Below are positions 39,256 through 48,867 of a DNA stretch of 64,000 nt, piece by piece. Under the pieces are notes generated by a model. It was not told the origin of the DNA. It saw only the letters and a program-made list of their open reading frames with translations, and ran no database searches. Numbering within the stretch: the first letter of the stretch is position 1; each line of letters opens with the position of its first letter. Source of the stretch: Candidatus Hadarchaeota archaeon. GTDB lineage: Archaea; Hadarchaeota; Hadarchaeia; Hadarchaeales; JAGGTB01. A program made the position numbers and the translations under genes. The stretch lies in the NCBI GenBank assembly GCA_964384105.1, contig CAYLJV010000001.1:160001-224000 (forward strand), read 5' to 3'.

Positions 39256-39573
39256 CTAATCGGTGGAATTACTTCGACTTAAAAAATTACTGAAAGATTG
39301 GCGGCTTTCTTTTCTTACGTACATTATGACTCCCAGAATTGCACATAATAAGAGGACGGATCCTATGAATGGAGCGAGTCTCAGCGCTCTGAATGTGGGT
39401 TGCGAAAGAATCACTATTATCACTATATCCGCCAATGCGCTTAATCCAACGCTTGTGGCTATCCTCTGCCAGACGTCCAAGCTTTTTGCGTCGGAGTAGA
39501 GTAAGAAACTTAGGAGGAATCCGGGGAAAAAGAGAACAAATATTCCCAATAACAGGTATCCTATCCCAATCAT
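39256..39573 (-). CDS. Small membrane protein (DUF1616-like)
   Basis: FVLFFPGF...RIATSVGLS; three TM segments. Confidence 0.65.
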   Translation of the reverse strand: MIGIGYLLLGIFVLFFPGFLLSFLLYSDAKSLDVWQRIATSVGLSALADIVIIVILSQPTFRALRLAPFIGSVLLLCAILGVIMYVRKESRQSFSNFLSRSNSTD

Positions 39574-39628
39574 TTTTTCCCACTCTCGATATCGTTATTT
39601 GTATGAAGCTTAAAAAAATCGATGTTGG

Positions 39629-40831
39629 TTGATTAGAATGGAAGATGTTGTAGTTGTTGGCGGAGGCCCCTCTGGTAGCTATATAGGGGGAAAATTAGCT
39701 CAAAAAGGGTACAAGGTCAAGGTTTTAGAAGAACATTCTGAAATCGGCAGACCTATGTGTTGTGCAGGGATTTTGGGTTCTGAGGAGATTAAGGAGTTAG
39801 GATTGGACCCGAGAGAGTGGGCTTTGAACTCCCTGAAAGGTGGGAAGTTCCATTTCCCTTCGAATAGATCCGTGTTTTTGTCTAGGGATAGGATAGAAGC
39901 ATATGTTATAGACCGAGCTAAATTCGACCAAGATTTATCCCGAAAGGCCATTGAATCGGGCGCTGAGCTGAAGCTGGGGTGTAGATGTAATGCCATTTCA
40001 GTTCGAGATGATCATGTAGAATTGAAAGTTGAAGGAGAAAACGGTACGAGCTATATAAAGAGTAGGATTGTAGTAGGGGCTGATGGTACCAATTCCACAG
40101 TAGCCAGAAATTGTGGCTTAATAAGCAGATTTTCACCTCTTATATGTGCTCAGGCGGAAGTTGTAGGCGGCCCAAAAAATGAACTTGTGAACGTATATTT
40201 GGATAATGAGTTGTCTAGAAGTTTCTTTGGTTATGTTGTCCCCGCTGGAAACTTCTATCGAGTTGGGCTCTGCGACAAAGAAGGTAATATAAGAGGGAAA
40301 TTACTAGATTTTTTGAAAAAGATTTCCTTCTTTCCAGATAATCCCGGCAGAAAGGTCGTAAGTTTAACAACTGACCTTATTCCCGAGCCTAATAGTCGTA
40401 AAATTTACGGAGAGAGAGTCTTACTGGTAGGTGATGCTGCGGGTCATGTCAAGCCTATGACTGGTGGTGGGTTGTATATTGGGATTTCTTGTGCGAAAAT
40501 CGCAAGTGAAGTTCTGGAAAAGGCTTTGGAGAGCGTTCCTTCAGAAAAGACCTTGGAGATGTATGGTGATTTAGTTAAAAAGAAATTTGGAAAGGAATTC
40601 GAACTTGGCCTGAAAGCGAGGTCTTTGATGGAGAGGATGAATAATGAGGACCTTTCCGATTTATCGGAACTACTTGAGATTCAGGAAGTCCAAAAATTTA
40701 TATCAGAAAACTTTGATTTTGACCGTCATTCGGATTTTTTTGAGGCTTTAATAAAGAAAGGACCAAAGCTCGTGAATAGCATTGGCATTGGTAAAACTTT
40801 TAAGTTTTTGAGATGGTTTGCGTATCTTTAA
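39629..40831 (+). CDS. Geranylgeranyl reductase family FAD oxidoreductase
   Basis: VVGGGPSG, CAG, DRAKFD, GADG, VGDAAGHVKPMTGGG. Confidence 0.9.
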   Translation: MIRMEDVVVVGGGPSGSYIGGKLAQKGYKVKVLEEHSEIGRPMCCAGILGSEEIKELGLDPREWALNSLKGGKFHFPSNRSVFLSRDRIEAYVIDRAKFDQDLSRKAIESGAELKLGCRCNAISVRDDHVELKVEGENGTSYIKSRIVVGADGTNSTVARNCGLISRFSPLICAQAEVVGGPKNELVNVYLDNELSRSFFGYVVPAGNFYRVGLCDKEGNIRGKLLDFLKKISFFPDNPGRKVVSLTTDLIPEPNSRKIYGERVLLVGDAAGHVKPMTGGGLYIGISCAKIASEVLEKALESVPSEKTLEMYGDLVKKKFGKEFELGLKARSLMERMNNEDLSDLSELLEIQEVQKFISENFDFDRHSDFFEALIKKGPKLVNSIGIGKTFKFLRWFAYL

Positions 40832-40836
40832 AAGAA

Positions 40837-41508
40837 TTATTTTCCTCGGAAGGATTTTGCTACTGACATCACGTCATCTGATTTGCCTACCAAGATTACT
40901 TGATCTCCTTCTTGGAGATCGGTATTACCACGAGGGGGGATCAGTTTCTCTTCTCTTGTGATCATAGCGATGGTACACAGGTCAGGTAGATCCAATTCTT
41001 TAATTGGCTTTCCTATGACTCCCGATTCATTCGAAATCGTGACTTCTACTACCTCGGCTTCTCCTCCACTTGCCCCGATAAGTCCGTACATCCCGGGTCC
41101 TGTAACTGCTTTTTCGAAAAGGGCTACCGCTGCACTAACGATACTTACTGCAGCATCTACTCCCAGATCTTCGAACATGCTGGCATGTTTATCGTCGTTT
41201 ATCCTTGCAACCACTCTTGGGACTCCAAGCTCTTTGGCCAATTTACTGGACATGAAGTTTACCTCGTCGGCGGCGGCAACTGCTACCATTGCATCCGCTT
41301 TTTCTGCTCCAGCGTCCTTTAAAACATCTAAGTCAGTCCCACTGCCTTGAATTATCAAGCAATCTAGGTTTGCTGCTAGTTCCTCGGCTCTTTCCTTGTC
41401 AACTTCTATTAAAACTGGTTCGTGATTCCGCTTCAGTAGGCGGTCGGCAAGTAGATAGCCGGTTCTACCTCCTCCGACTATTATGACGTACATACTATCC
41501 TTTTGCAA
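40837..41508 (-). CDS. trkA: TrkA family potassium uptake regulatory protein
   Basis: GGGRTG NAD-binding RCK-N domain plus RCK-C (IPPRGNT.LQEGD). Confidence 0.9.
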   Translation of the reverse strand: MQKDSMYVIIVGGGRTGYLLADRLLKRNHEPVLIEVDKERAEELAANLDCLIIQGSGTDLDVLKDAGAEKADAMVAVAAADEVNFMSSKLAKELGVPRVVARINDDKHASMFEDLGVDAAVSIVSAAVALFEKAVTGPGMYGLIGASGGEAEVVEVTISNESGVIGKPIKELDLPDLCTIAMITREEKLIPPRGNTDLQEGDQVILVGKSDDVMSVAKSFRGK

Positions 41509-41642
41509 AATCTCCTAGTAAAGAATATTAATCTTTGTGTTTTTCGAAAAAACGAAGTATTATTAGTCAGGAGTCAACTTTTTTCTTTGAGTATTACCTC
41601 AAAGTATTAATATCCATAAGGACTAACATTCGAGGACTGAAA

Positions 41643-42164
41643 ATGCCCGAGAAACCAGCAAGCGCGTATAGAGAGCAGGATAGGCCGGCCTATACTAGAA
41701 AGGAGTATGTGACAGGTATCCCTGGGTCCCGTATTACATTCTTTGAAAGAGGTGATTCGGAGACCGATTTTCCCATACAAATTTCGTTGGTATCTACTGA
41801 AAAAGGCCAAATTAAGCATACGGCCTTAGAATCAGCTCGTATCTCTGCGAATAGACATATGGAGAAGGGTGCAGGTGAGAAGAATTATTACCTGAAACTA
41901 AGGATCTATCCCCACCAGATACTTAGAGAAAATCCTATGGCTTTAGGAGCGGGGGCAGACCGTATTTCCGATGGAATGAGAAAGTCTTTCGGAAGACCTA
42001 TCGGTTTGGCGGCTAGAGTTTCTCCAGGTCAAAGAATAATAACGATTAGAACTACTCAGGAATTCTACAATATAGCGAAAGAAGCAATAAGAAGAGCTAG
42101 AATGAAGTTGTCGGTTAATTCTAAGAGAGTTTTGGAAAGGGGATCTGAGTTAATCTCCTCTTAA
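41643..42164 (+). CDS. rpl10e: 50S ribosomal protein L16/L10e
   Basis: PAYTRKEY, ALESARI, YPHQILREN, GAGADRISDGMRKSFGRP; start at ATG 41643. Confidence 0.97.
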   Translation: MPEKPASAYREQDRPAYTRKEYVTGIPGSRITFFERGDSETDFPIQISLVSTEKGQIKHTALESARISANRHMEKGAGEKNYYLKLRIYPHQILRENPMALGAGADRISDGMRKSFGRPIGLAARVSPGQRIITIRTTQEFYNIAKEAIRRARMKLSVNSKRVLERGSELISS

Positions 42165-42911
42165 GTATAGCTATAATTTCTTTTTTATAAGTTCAATTTG
42201 ATTTCAGATTTTCTGACAGATAATTAGGTTTTACGGAAAAGTCGAAAATTTCGCATTAATATAAAATTAAAATATTACACTAATAGTTTTCATTCTCGCA
42301 GATTTCCTGTTTCCAAATGTTTTTACCTTTTACATTCCACCTTTGACTTTCCGCTTTACTCTGTGCTTTATCCATCTAGCTTTCATCTTCTTTGAAGCTA
42401 CCTGGGTCTTTGCGTAGTTGGATAGGCTCTTTATCCTTTCGCTTTCTTTTAGCTCATTCATCTTTTCTTGAGCTACCTGCTTAGCTATTCCTAGCTCGTT
42501 GGCTATTCCTTCTGCGTCCAATCTATCCATAGATGTTATGATATGGTTTGTTTGCGATCTCGACCAGTTAATAATGATCCCCAAGAAAACACATGAGTCA
42601 AGTATGGTATAAAAATGTATACCCTCTGCGAGTAAAATCTCCTATAATTAAAGTTATTTCTTCCCCTAATTTGACTAAAAAGTTCTTTTTTGGACTTTTA
42701 ATTGAAAATAATATACTTTAAGATGTTTTAATGGGTGAAGGGGTTGGTATTTGGGGATTCGACTTTTGGGTCTATTGCTCCGGCTCGTGTTTTCAAATAT
42801 TTATAGTCTATCTTGGATAGTCCTAATAATTTACTATTTCCGGGGGATTGGCTCCCCTGCTGTAAAGCAGAACCGAAAATTTTATAACTTTCTTTGCATT
42901 TTTGTGCATAG

Positions 42912-43190
42912 ATGCAAAGTTTCTCTAAGGTTTTCAAGGCTCTGTCTTCCGAGCAAAGATTGAAAATAATAGACCATCTCTTGGAAGTCGGAGAGTACAA
43001 GTGCTACTGTGAGCTTGGAGAAGTTGTCGATAAGGATATGTCGGTGATATATAGGCACTTTAAAGCTCTTCAAGATGCAGGGGTCATAGAGACAAGAAAG
43101 AGGGGAAAGAGGCTTGAAGGTAGAATAAAAAATCAAGATAAAATTCGAGAATTGATTAAAATTGCGAAGGAGGTAAATAATGAAAGTTGA
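42912..43190 (+). CDS. ArsR/SmtB family regulator
   Basis: FKALSSEQRLKI, CYCEL, YRHFKALQDAG. Confidence 0.9.
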   Translation: MQSFSKVFKALSSEQRLKIIDHLLEVGEYKCYCELGEVVDKDMSVIYRHFKALQDAGVIETRKRGKRLEGRIKNQDKIRELIKIAKEVNNES

Positions 43191-43413
43191 GATTTTAGGG
43201 CCCGGATGTTCGAACTGCGAAAGACTAAAGGAAAACACTAAAGACGCTATAGAAGAGCTGGAGCTCTCGGGTATTGAATTAAGGGAAATTGATGATCCTG
43301 TAGAGATCGCCAGTAAAGGTGTCATGAACACGCCTGCGCTAATAGTAGATGGTGAGATTAAGATGGCTGGTAGGGTTCCGTCCAAAGAAGAGATTAAAAA
43401 GATGCTGAAGTAA
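43180..43413 (+). CDS. Small redox-active disulfide protein (MTH895/thioredoxin-like)
   Basis: ILGPGCSNC, GVMNTPALIVDG. Confidence 0.92.
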   Translation: MKVEILGPGCSNCERLKENTKDAIEELELSGIELREIDDPVEIASKGVMNTPALIVDGEIKMAGRVPSKEEIKKMLK

Positions 43414-43414
43414 G

Positions 43415-44354
43415 ATGGTATTTGAAGAAATAGCGAATTTTTTAGTTTCACTTACTGGTCTGACTGGTCGACCAGCTGATGCTTTTCACTTCTGGGTCTA
43501 TGATAGTTTAAAGATAGTTTTCATCTTGTTTTTAGTGATATTTGGTGTTGGCTATCTAAGGACCTACCTAAAGCCTGAGAGGATAAGGGACTATCTGAAA
43601 GGTAAGCATAGCATAATCGGCTACGTTGGGGCAGGCCTCTTGGGGATAGTTTCGCCATTTTGTTCTTGCTCGACAATTCCCATTTTTCTTGGTTTTGTCA
43701 GTGCGGGAATTACCTTTGGTATGACTATAACATTTCTTTCGGTCTCCCCGATGGTCAATGAGGCGGCAACTGTTGTCCTATTTGGGGTATTAGGTTGGAA
43801 AGTGACTGTTCTATACATCTTGGGGGGAGTTAGTGTAGGAATTGCTGGCGGATATATTTTGACTAAATTGGGCTTTGATAGATATATAAGAAAATTTGAA
43901 GGGGTCGAGCAGTGTTATTGTGAAGCCGATGTCACCATAAGGGAACGGGTAGATAGAGCCTATAAAGAAGCGAAGGGGATCGTGAAAGGAGTTGTGCCCT
44001 ATGTACTTATCGGAGTGGGGATCGGGGCCTTTGTTCATGGATATTCATGGATATATTCCTGCAGAGTTTATTACCCAGTATTTAAGGGATTCGTTAGCTG
44101 TCCCTGCAGCGGTTATAATTGGTGTACCAATATATACTAACATAATGGGTGTTATTCCAGTTGTCGAGAGTCTTATAGGTAAAGGTCTTCCTATTGGGAC
44201 TTCAATAGCTTTTATGATGTCTGTTGCAGCTTTGTCCTTGCCCCAATTTGTAATGCTGAAAAAGGTCATGGAAAGAAGATTGATTATAGCATACGCATTA
44301 ATGATCTCAGTTGGGATAGTTTTGCTTGGGCTAGTTTTCAACACTTTTCTTTAG
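43415..44354 (+). pseudogene. ArsP/DUF318 permease, frameshifted by a 10-nt tandem duplication
   Basis: SPFCSCSTIP and SPMVNE in ORF 1; GVPIY and ALSLPQ in ORF 2; ttcatggata twice at 44034-44053. Confidence 0.85.
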
Positions 44355-44557
44355 GTAAAAACTCCGACTACTGGTTTTTTAAAGAAATCGTTTGGGTAGG
44401 GGGGGGATTAGATGTTTTTGATTCCTAATTTCTTCTTTTCAAAAATTTTAGACACATGTGAAAATTATCACTATTTTTTTGCTGATCGCTTTAATTCTAT
44501 AGCTTAGGACTTAAATATTATAGTCTTCATAATTGGGAACAAAAAGGAGAAGATAAG

Positions 44558-44902
44558 ATGTGTGAGAGTTCACCGCCTAACCAGAATAGACCGAAAAGTG
44601 GATTTGGAAAGCGAATACAGAAATTACAAGGGTTGGCGAAAGCTCTTCACTGTCCTACGAGATGGGACATAATCGATATAATTGGATCTGGATCGGCTAA
44701 GACCAAGGAGATTCGAGAGGGTTTAAAAAGAAAAGGTTACGATATCACCCAATCTGGACTTTATTATCATCTGTCGGAACTTAAAGACGCTGGCCTGATA
44801 GAAGTCGCCGAGTATGTCGAAGAGGGAAAGGGTGCTCCTGAAAAGGTTTGGAGACTGACTCGGGAAAAGATCGAGATTGATCTGGTAGTTTCAGGGGATT
44901 GA
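44558..44902 (+). CDS. ArsR-like winged-helix regulator
   Basis: AKALHCPTRWDII, LYYHLSELKDAGLI, GAPEKVW. Confidence 0.85.
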   Translation: MCESSPPNQNRPKSGFGKRIQKLQGLAKALHCPTRWDIIDIIGSGSAKTKEIREGLKRKGYDITQSGLYYHLSELKDAGLIEVAEYVEEGKGAPEKVWRLTREKIEIDLVVSGD

Positions 44903-45831
44903 TTTTCGTGGACTCTATTGTTCAAGCCCAGCAACTTTATAAGAGATTTAATGGAGTTCAGGCTGTAAATGGTGTTTCTTTTGAGGTCGAGAAGGGAGAG
45001 ATATTCGGATTTCTTGGCCCCAATGGGGCTGGTAAGACAACTACTGTGAGAATGTTAACTGGTGTTTTGGCTCCCGATTCGGGGGTTGCTTGGATAAATG
45101 GAAAAAATATCCAGGAAAAACCAAGTGAATCGAAAGCTGAGATTGGAATCGCTCCCGAGGTTTCTAATGCTTACGTTGATTTAACGGCATGGCAGAACAT
45201 TAACTTCATGGGGGAGCTCTATGGAGTACCCCAGCAGGAGAGGAAAGAGAGTGCGATTGAACTTCTGGAATTATTTGGATTATCAGATAGAATGAACGAT
45301 AAGGTTAAGGGATATAGTAAGGGGATGCAGAGAAGATTGATTTTGGCTATGGCCATGATTCACGATCCCCCATTACTTTTTCTAGACGAGCCCACAGCCG
45401 GTTTAGATGTTCAGAGCCAGCGCTTGATCAAGAGAAGAATTAGGGAGTTGAATGAAGACGGTAAAACAGTTTTTCTTACCACGCACAATATCCCAGTTGC
45501 AAATGAACTATGCGACCGGGTAGCTGTCATCAGCCGAGGGAGTATTGCGGCAATTGATGCGCCCGAGAACCTGAAGAGTACAATGAGGGGAACACAATCT
45601 GTCGAAGTCGGGTTTGATGGATTATATTCACCTAAGGATTTAGAAAAGCTTGACAAAATCGAAAAAGTGGAGAAAGTTGGAGATAAATACCGAATTTATG
45701 GCCCCGATCCGATTTGGATCACGGAGAAATTGTTTGATTTGGCAGAAGAAAAGAGTCTCAGACTAATCTCAGTTCGGACTTTGGGTCCAAGCCTTGAAGA
45801 TGTCTTTGTTGAGTTAACTGGAGATGAATAG
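44899..45831 (+). CDS. ABC transporter ATP-binding protein (DrrA-like)
   Basis: GPNGAGKTT, YSKGM, LDEPTAGLD, PSLEDVF. Confidence 0.93.
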   Translation: MIFVDSIVQAQQLYKRFNGVQAVNGVSFEVEKGEIFGFLGPNGAGKTTTVRMLTGVLAPDSGVAWINGKNIQEKPSESKAEIGIAPEVSNAYVDLTAWQNINFMGELYGVPQQERKESAIELLELFGLSDRMNDKVKGYSKGMQRRLILAMAMIHDPPLLFLDEPTAGLDVQSQRLIKRRIRELNEDGKTVFLTTHNIPVANELCDRVAVISRGSIAAIDAPENLKSTMRGTQSVEVGFDGLYSPKDLEKLDKIEKVEKVGDKYRIYGPDPIWITEKLFDLAEEKSLRLISVRTLGPSLEDVFVELTGDE

Positions 45832-45833
45832 AT

Positions 45834-46586
45834 ATGAATTATGTTTCCCAATTTAAGAGATCTATTTCAGTAGCCAAGAAAAATTTGCGGATATATTACG
45901 TAAAAGGACCAGTTATTATATTCGGAATTCTCCTTCCGTTCTTTTTCTTTCTCGCATTTTGGCTAGGTAGAGAAATGTCTTCTATCATGCTCGGTACGGG
46001 ACTAGTGGGAATGGCGATTTGGTTTACATCGACTTCAATCAGTCCTGTTATTACGCCTTGGGAGACAAGAACGAAGACTCTTGAAAGACTAATCTCATCA
46101 CCAATTGGTCATTCTTGGATTTTGCTCGGAGATGTTTTGGCGTCGGTCCTGATAGGAATGATAATGACGATTATCCCCTTATCGATCGCTTTCGTTTTTT
46201 TGGATTTGGGTTTATTATATCCAATTTATCTGGTTCTTGGGCTTATTTCTGCTAGTTTTTGTTTTTCTGCGATAGGAGTACTAATGGCTGCTCTTCCTAC
46301 AGATGCCCCCTCAGATGTGATGATGTTGTCTTCTTTGGTTAAATTTCCTGTAATATTCATAAGTGGGATATTTATTCCGGTGAATGAGCTTCCTCGTTGG
46401 GGCCAAATTATTTCTCATGTATCTCCTCTCACTTATCTCACGGATTTAACTCGGCAAAGCTTTGGAGGTGGAGGTAGTTTTTGGCCGTCTCCTGTTTTAG
46501 ATACGTTGATTCTTGTGGCATTCTTCTTGATTTTCATGATACTTGCAATCATTTTACACAGAAAGACGCTCTCTGGTAGGCTTTAG
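45834..46586 (+). CDS. ABC-2 type permease
   Basis: TLERLISSP, FISGIFIP, SPLTY; six TM segments. Confidence 0.9.
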   Translation: MNYVSQFKRSISVAKKNLRIYYVKGPVIIFGILLPFFFFLAFWLGREMSSIMLGTGLVGMAIWFTSTSISPVITPWETRTKTLERLISSPIGHSWILLGDVLASVLIGMIMTIIPLSIAFVFLDLGLLYPIYLVLGLISASFCFSAIGVLMAALPTDAPSDVMMLSSLVKFPVIFISGIFIPVNELPRWGQIISHVSPLTYLTDLTRQSFGGGGSFWPSPVLDTLILVAFFLIFMILAIILHRKTLSGRL

Positions 46587-46708
46587 TTAATGGGTAAAAA
46601 TATGGGCTGGAGACTGGTCCGCTTAATTATTTCAAATAAAAGAGTTTAGTCAAATAAAAAAACGAATTCGTTCAGTCTCGTAACTTTTTAACTTAGTGGC
46701 CTTGAGGG

Positions 46709-47470
46709 TCAACGTTTCAATTTCTTTGCTTTTACGTTTATACTCATTATTTTTGCATCTATAGATTCAGTTTCTTCAAAGGTTTCTTGGGATAGAATTT
46801 CGAATTTTTTAAATCCTGCGTCTCTGATTGTGTTAAGATAATCATTCTTTTCCATCGCCCCACCTATGCAGGCTGACCAAGCTTCGGGATCCTCTTTTAT
46901 TTCCTTCGGAAGCTTTCCTTCTGTCACGATATCGGAGATAATTATTCTTCCGCCTGGTTTGAGGACTCTATATATTTCCTTATATGTCTTGAGCTTATCT
47001 GTAGAGAGATTTATTACGCAGTTGCTGATTACGGTATCGAAGATTTGGTCTTCGAAGGGTAAGTCTTCAATTTTGCCTTTTTTAAATTCTACATTTTCGT
47101 ATCCGTTCTTCTTCGCTATTTCTCTGGCTTTTTTAACCATTTCTTCAGAGGCATCTATTCCCGTTGCGAGTCCACTCTCGCCTACTCTTTCGGAAGCTAG
47201 AAATACGTCTATGCCCAATCCTGATCCGAGGTCCAGTACGTTTTCTCCAATCTCCAAATCAACTAAGTTTAGTGGGTTTCCACATCCTAGTCCCCGAATA
47301 GCTTCTTTGGGTACTTTTTCTAAATCTTCTCGAGAATAGCCTATTTTTATACTTCGATTTTCGGATTCACTTTCACAACAGGAGGAAGTTGAGCAACAAC
47401 ACCCTTTATCTGTTTGCGCAATTTCGGAATATTTTTTCTCCACAAATCTGTTAATTTTTTCTTCTTTCAT
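46709..47470 (-). CDS. arsM: Arsenite methyltransferase
   Basis: N-terminal Cys cluster, GLGCGNP, VLDLGSG.G.D, ISNCVINL, WSACIGGA. Confidence 0.93.
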   Translation of the reverse strand: MKEEKINRFVEKKYSEIAQTDKGCCCSTSSCCESESENRSIKIGYSREDLEKVPKEAIRGLGCGNPLNLVDLEIGENVLDLGSGLGIDVFLASERVGESGLATGIDASEEMVKKAREIAKKNGYENVEFKKGKIEDLPFEDQIFDTVISNCVINLSTDKLKTYKEIYRVLKPGGRIIISDIVTEGKLPKEIKEDPEAWSACIGGAMEKNDYLNTIRDAGFKKFEILSQETFEETESIDAKIMSINVKAKKLKR

Positions 47471-47480
47471 TTTTTACTCC

Positions 47481-47759
47481 TTAACAACATGGTTCGATTT
47501 CATCAATTCCTAGTTCACGAAAAGTATTCTTTAGATCTTCGTCCGGAATTTTATAGACAACATTTTTACCGTCTCTTTTCTTCGCTAGTATCCCGGCCTC
47601 AACAAGTACTTTCAAATGTCTGGAGATGGTGGTCTGATCTTTGTCTACTACGGCTTCAAATTCACAAGCGCATCTTTCGTTCTCTAGCAAGTATTTTACT
47701 ATTCTTAACCTCGTTTCGTTCCCTAGGGCTTTGAAAAATTTTACTTTGTTTTCGATCAT
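47481..47759 (-). CDS. arsR: ArsR family regulator
   Basis: FKALGNETRL, CACEF, ISRHLKVL, terminal CC; directly upstream of arsM. Confidence 0.9.
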   Translation of the reverse strand: MIENKVKFFKALGNETRLRIVKYLLENERCACEFEAVVDKDQTTISRHLKVLVEAGILAKKRDGKNVVYKIPDEDLKNTFRELGIDEIEPCC

Positions 47760-47852
47760 TTCTTTTTATGTATAAATGCACATATTTAAATATAATGTTC
47801 GACTGCAGATAATTACTGATTAATTTTGAAAAAATTGGTAATTTTTATTGAT

Positions 47853-47940
47853 TGGTGCGGGGAGAGGGATTTGAACCCTCGAACCCCTATGGGACAGCGC
47901 CCTGAACGCTGCGCCGTTGACCTGACTTGGCAACCCCCGC
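47853..47940 (-). tRNA. tRNA-Leu (CAG), CCA encoded
   Basis: Reverse complement GCGGGGGTTGCCAAG...CAGCG-TT-CAG-GG-CGCTG, long variable arm, GAGGG-TTCAAAT-CCCTC, ends ACCA. Confidence 0.98.
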
Positions 47941-48150
47941 AATCACTGTAAGGTTATTTTAGGTTCGATTTCATTAGAGTTTTCCGAAGAATTCGTGATT
48001 CACAATCTATGTTTTTTCTATAATCTTTGTTTCAGTACCGATTCTAGAGTTTTACATACGTGATCTCCAGTTACTTGGCTTCTTCAAGTAATTCTTCATC
48101 GATATAAACAGAGAATTATTCTTAGTTATTTTACCTTTTAATTTGGACAT
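47941..48150 (-). pseudogene. Decayed RHH/CcdA-like intN remnant pointing into tRNA-Leu
   Basis: Minus-strand pieces MSKLKGK.., SVYIDEELLEEAK*LEI.., VCKTLESVLKQRL*, similar to the intN at tRNA-Gly. Confidence 0.55.
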
Positions 48151-48494
48151 AATTTCATCTAGTAGAGTATCCTAAGGTTTTGGGTTAGAATATAAAATAG
48201 AGTAAATAAAAAAGAATTTTATCTACCTAATCCGGAAACCGGATATCTAGTTCATGGATTTTAGTCAACACCACTATTATTGTAGGTCTCAGTTCCTAGA
48301 CCTTTGGTTCTCATTTATTACTTCAGCAGTTTTGGTTGCATCAAATGTTTTACCAGCTTTTTTGGTTCTTTGAGATAATATTTACCCCTAATTTGATCTT
48401 AAAGCTTTATTTAGTAAGATTTTGAGTTCTTAGACTATTAAAGAGTTTAAATAAAAATAAAAAAATAAAAACTTATTATATGGTTCATTTGAGT

Positions 48495-48689
48495 CTACTC
48501 TATTTTCTTGACTTTTACGGCTCTTGGGCCTTTGTCTCCTTGTTCAGACTCAAACTCTACTCTATCGTCCTCGCCAAGAGACCCGGATTCTATGTCACTC
48601 GCATGAACAAAGAGATCTTCATCTCCTTCGTCTGGCGTGATAAAGCCGAAATTTTTCATTCTGTTGAAGAATTTTACTGTTCCTTTCAT
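48495..48689 (-). CDS. Cold-shock domain protein
   Basis: GTVKFFN...FGFI...DLFVH...KGPRA. Confidence 0.96.
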   Translation of the reverse strand: MKGTVKFFNRMKNFGFITPDEGDEDLFVHASDIESGSLGEDDRVEFESEQGDKGPRAVKVKKIE

Positions 48690-48867
48690 ATTGATACACC
48701 TCCTAAGGATACTAACGAAACACGAAATCCAAGAAAATCTTCAAAAAATTTGAAAATACCTTTAAACACGTGAAACAAGTTTCTCCATTATTCTTTACTA
48801 TCTAACACCTCGGTTTGCAAGCTTAAAAGAGTTCCCTTAAAGTCTATTCGAAAATTCCAGACAGATT

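Noticed and set aside
42330-42584. 84-aa ORF with a faint HTH-like stretch
   Set aside because: No convincing start or family motif; possibly a gene remnant, so not called.
42165-42910. att repeat matching the tRNA-Leu 3' end bounding the ars cluster
   Set aside because: No matching direct repeat found by eye.
44034-44053. Second BHB intron in the permease frameshift
   Set aside because: Exact 10-nt tandem duplication, too short, with no helix-bulge geometry.
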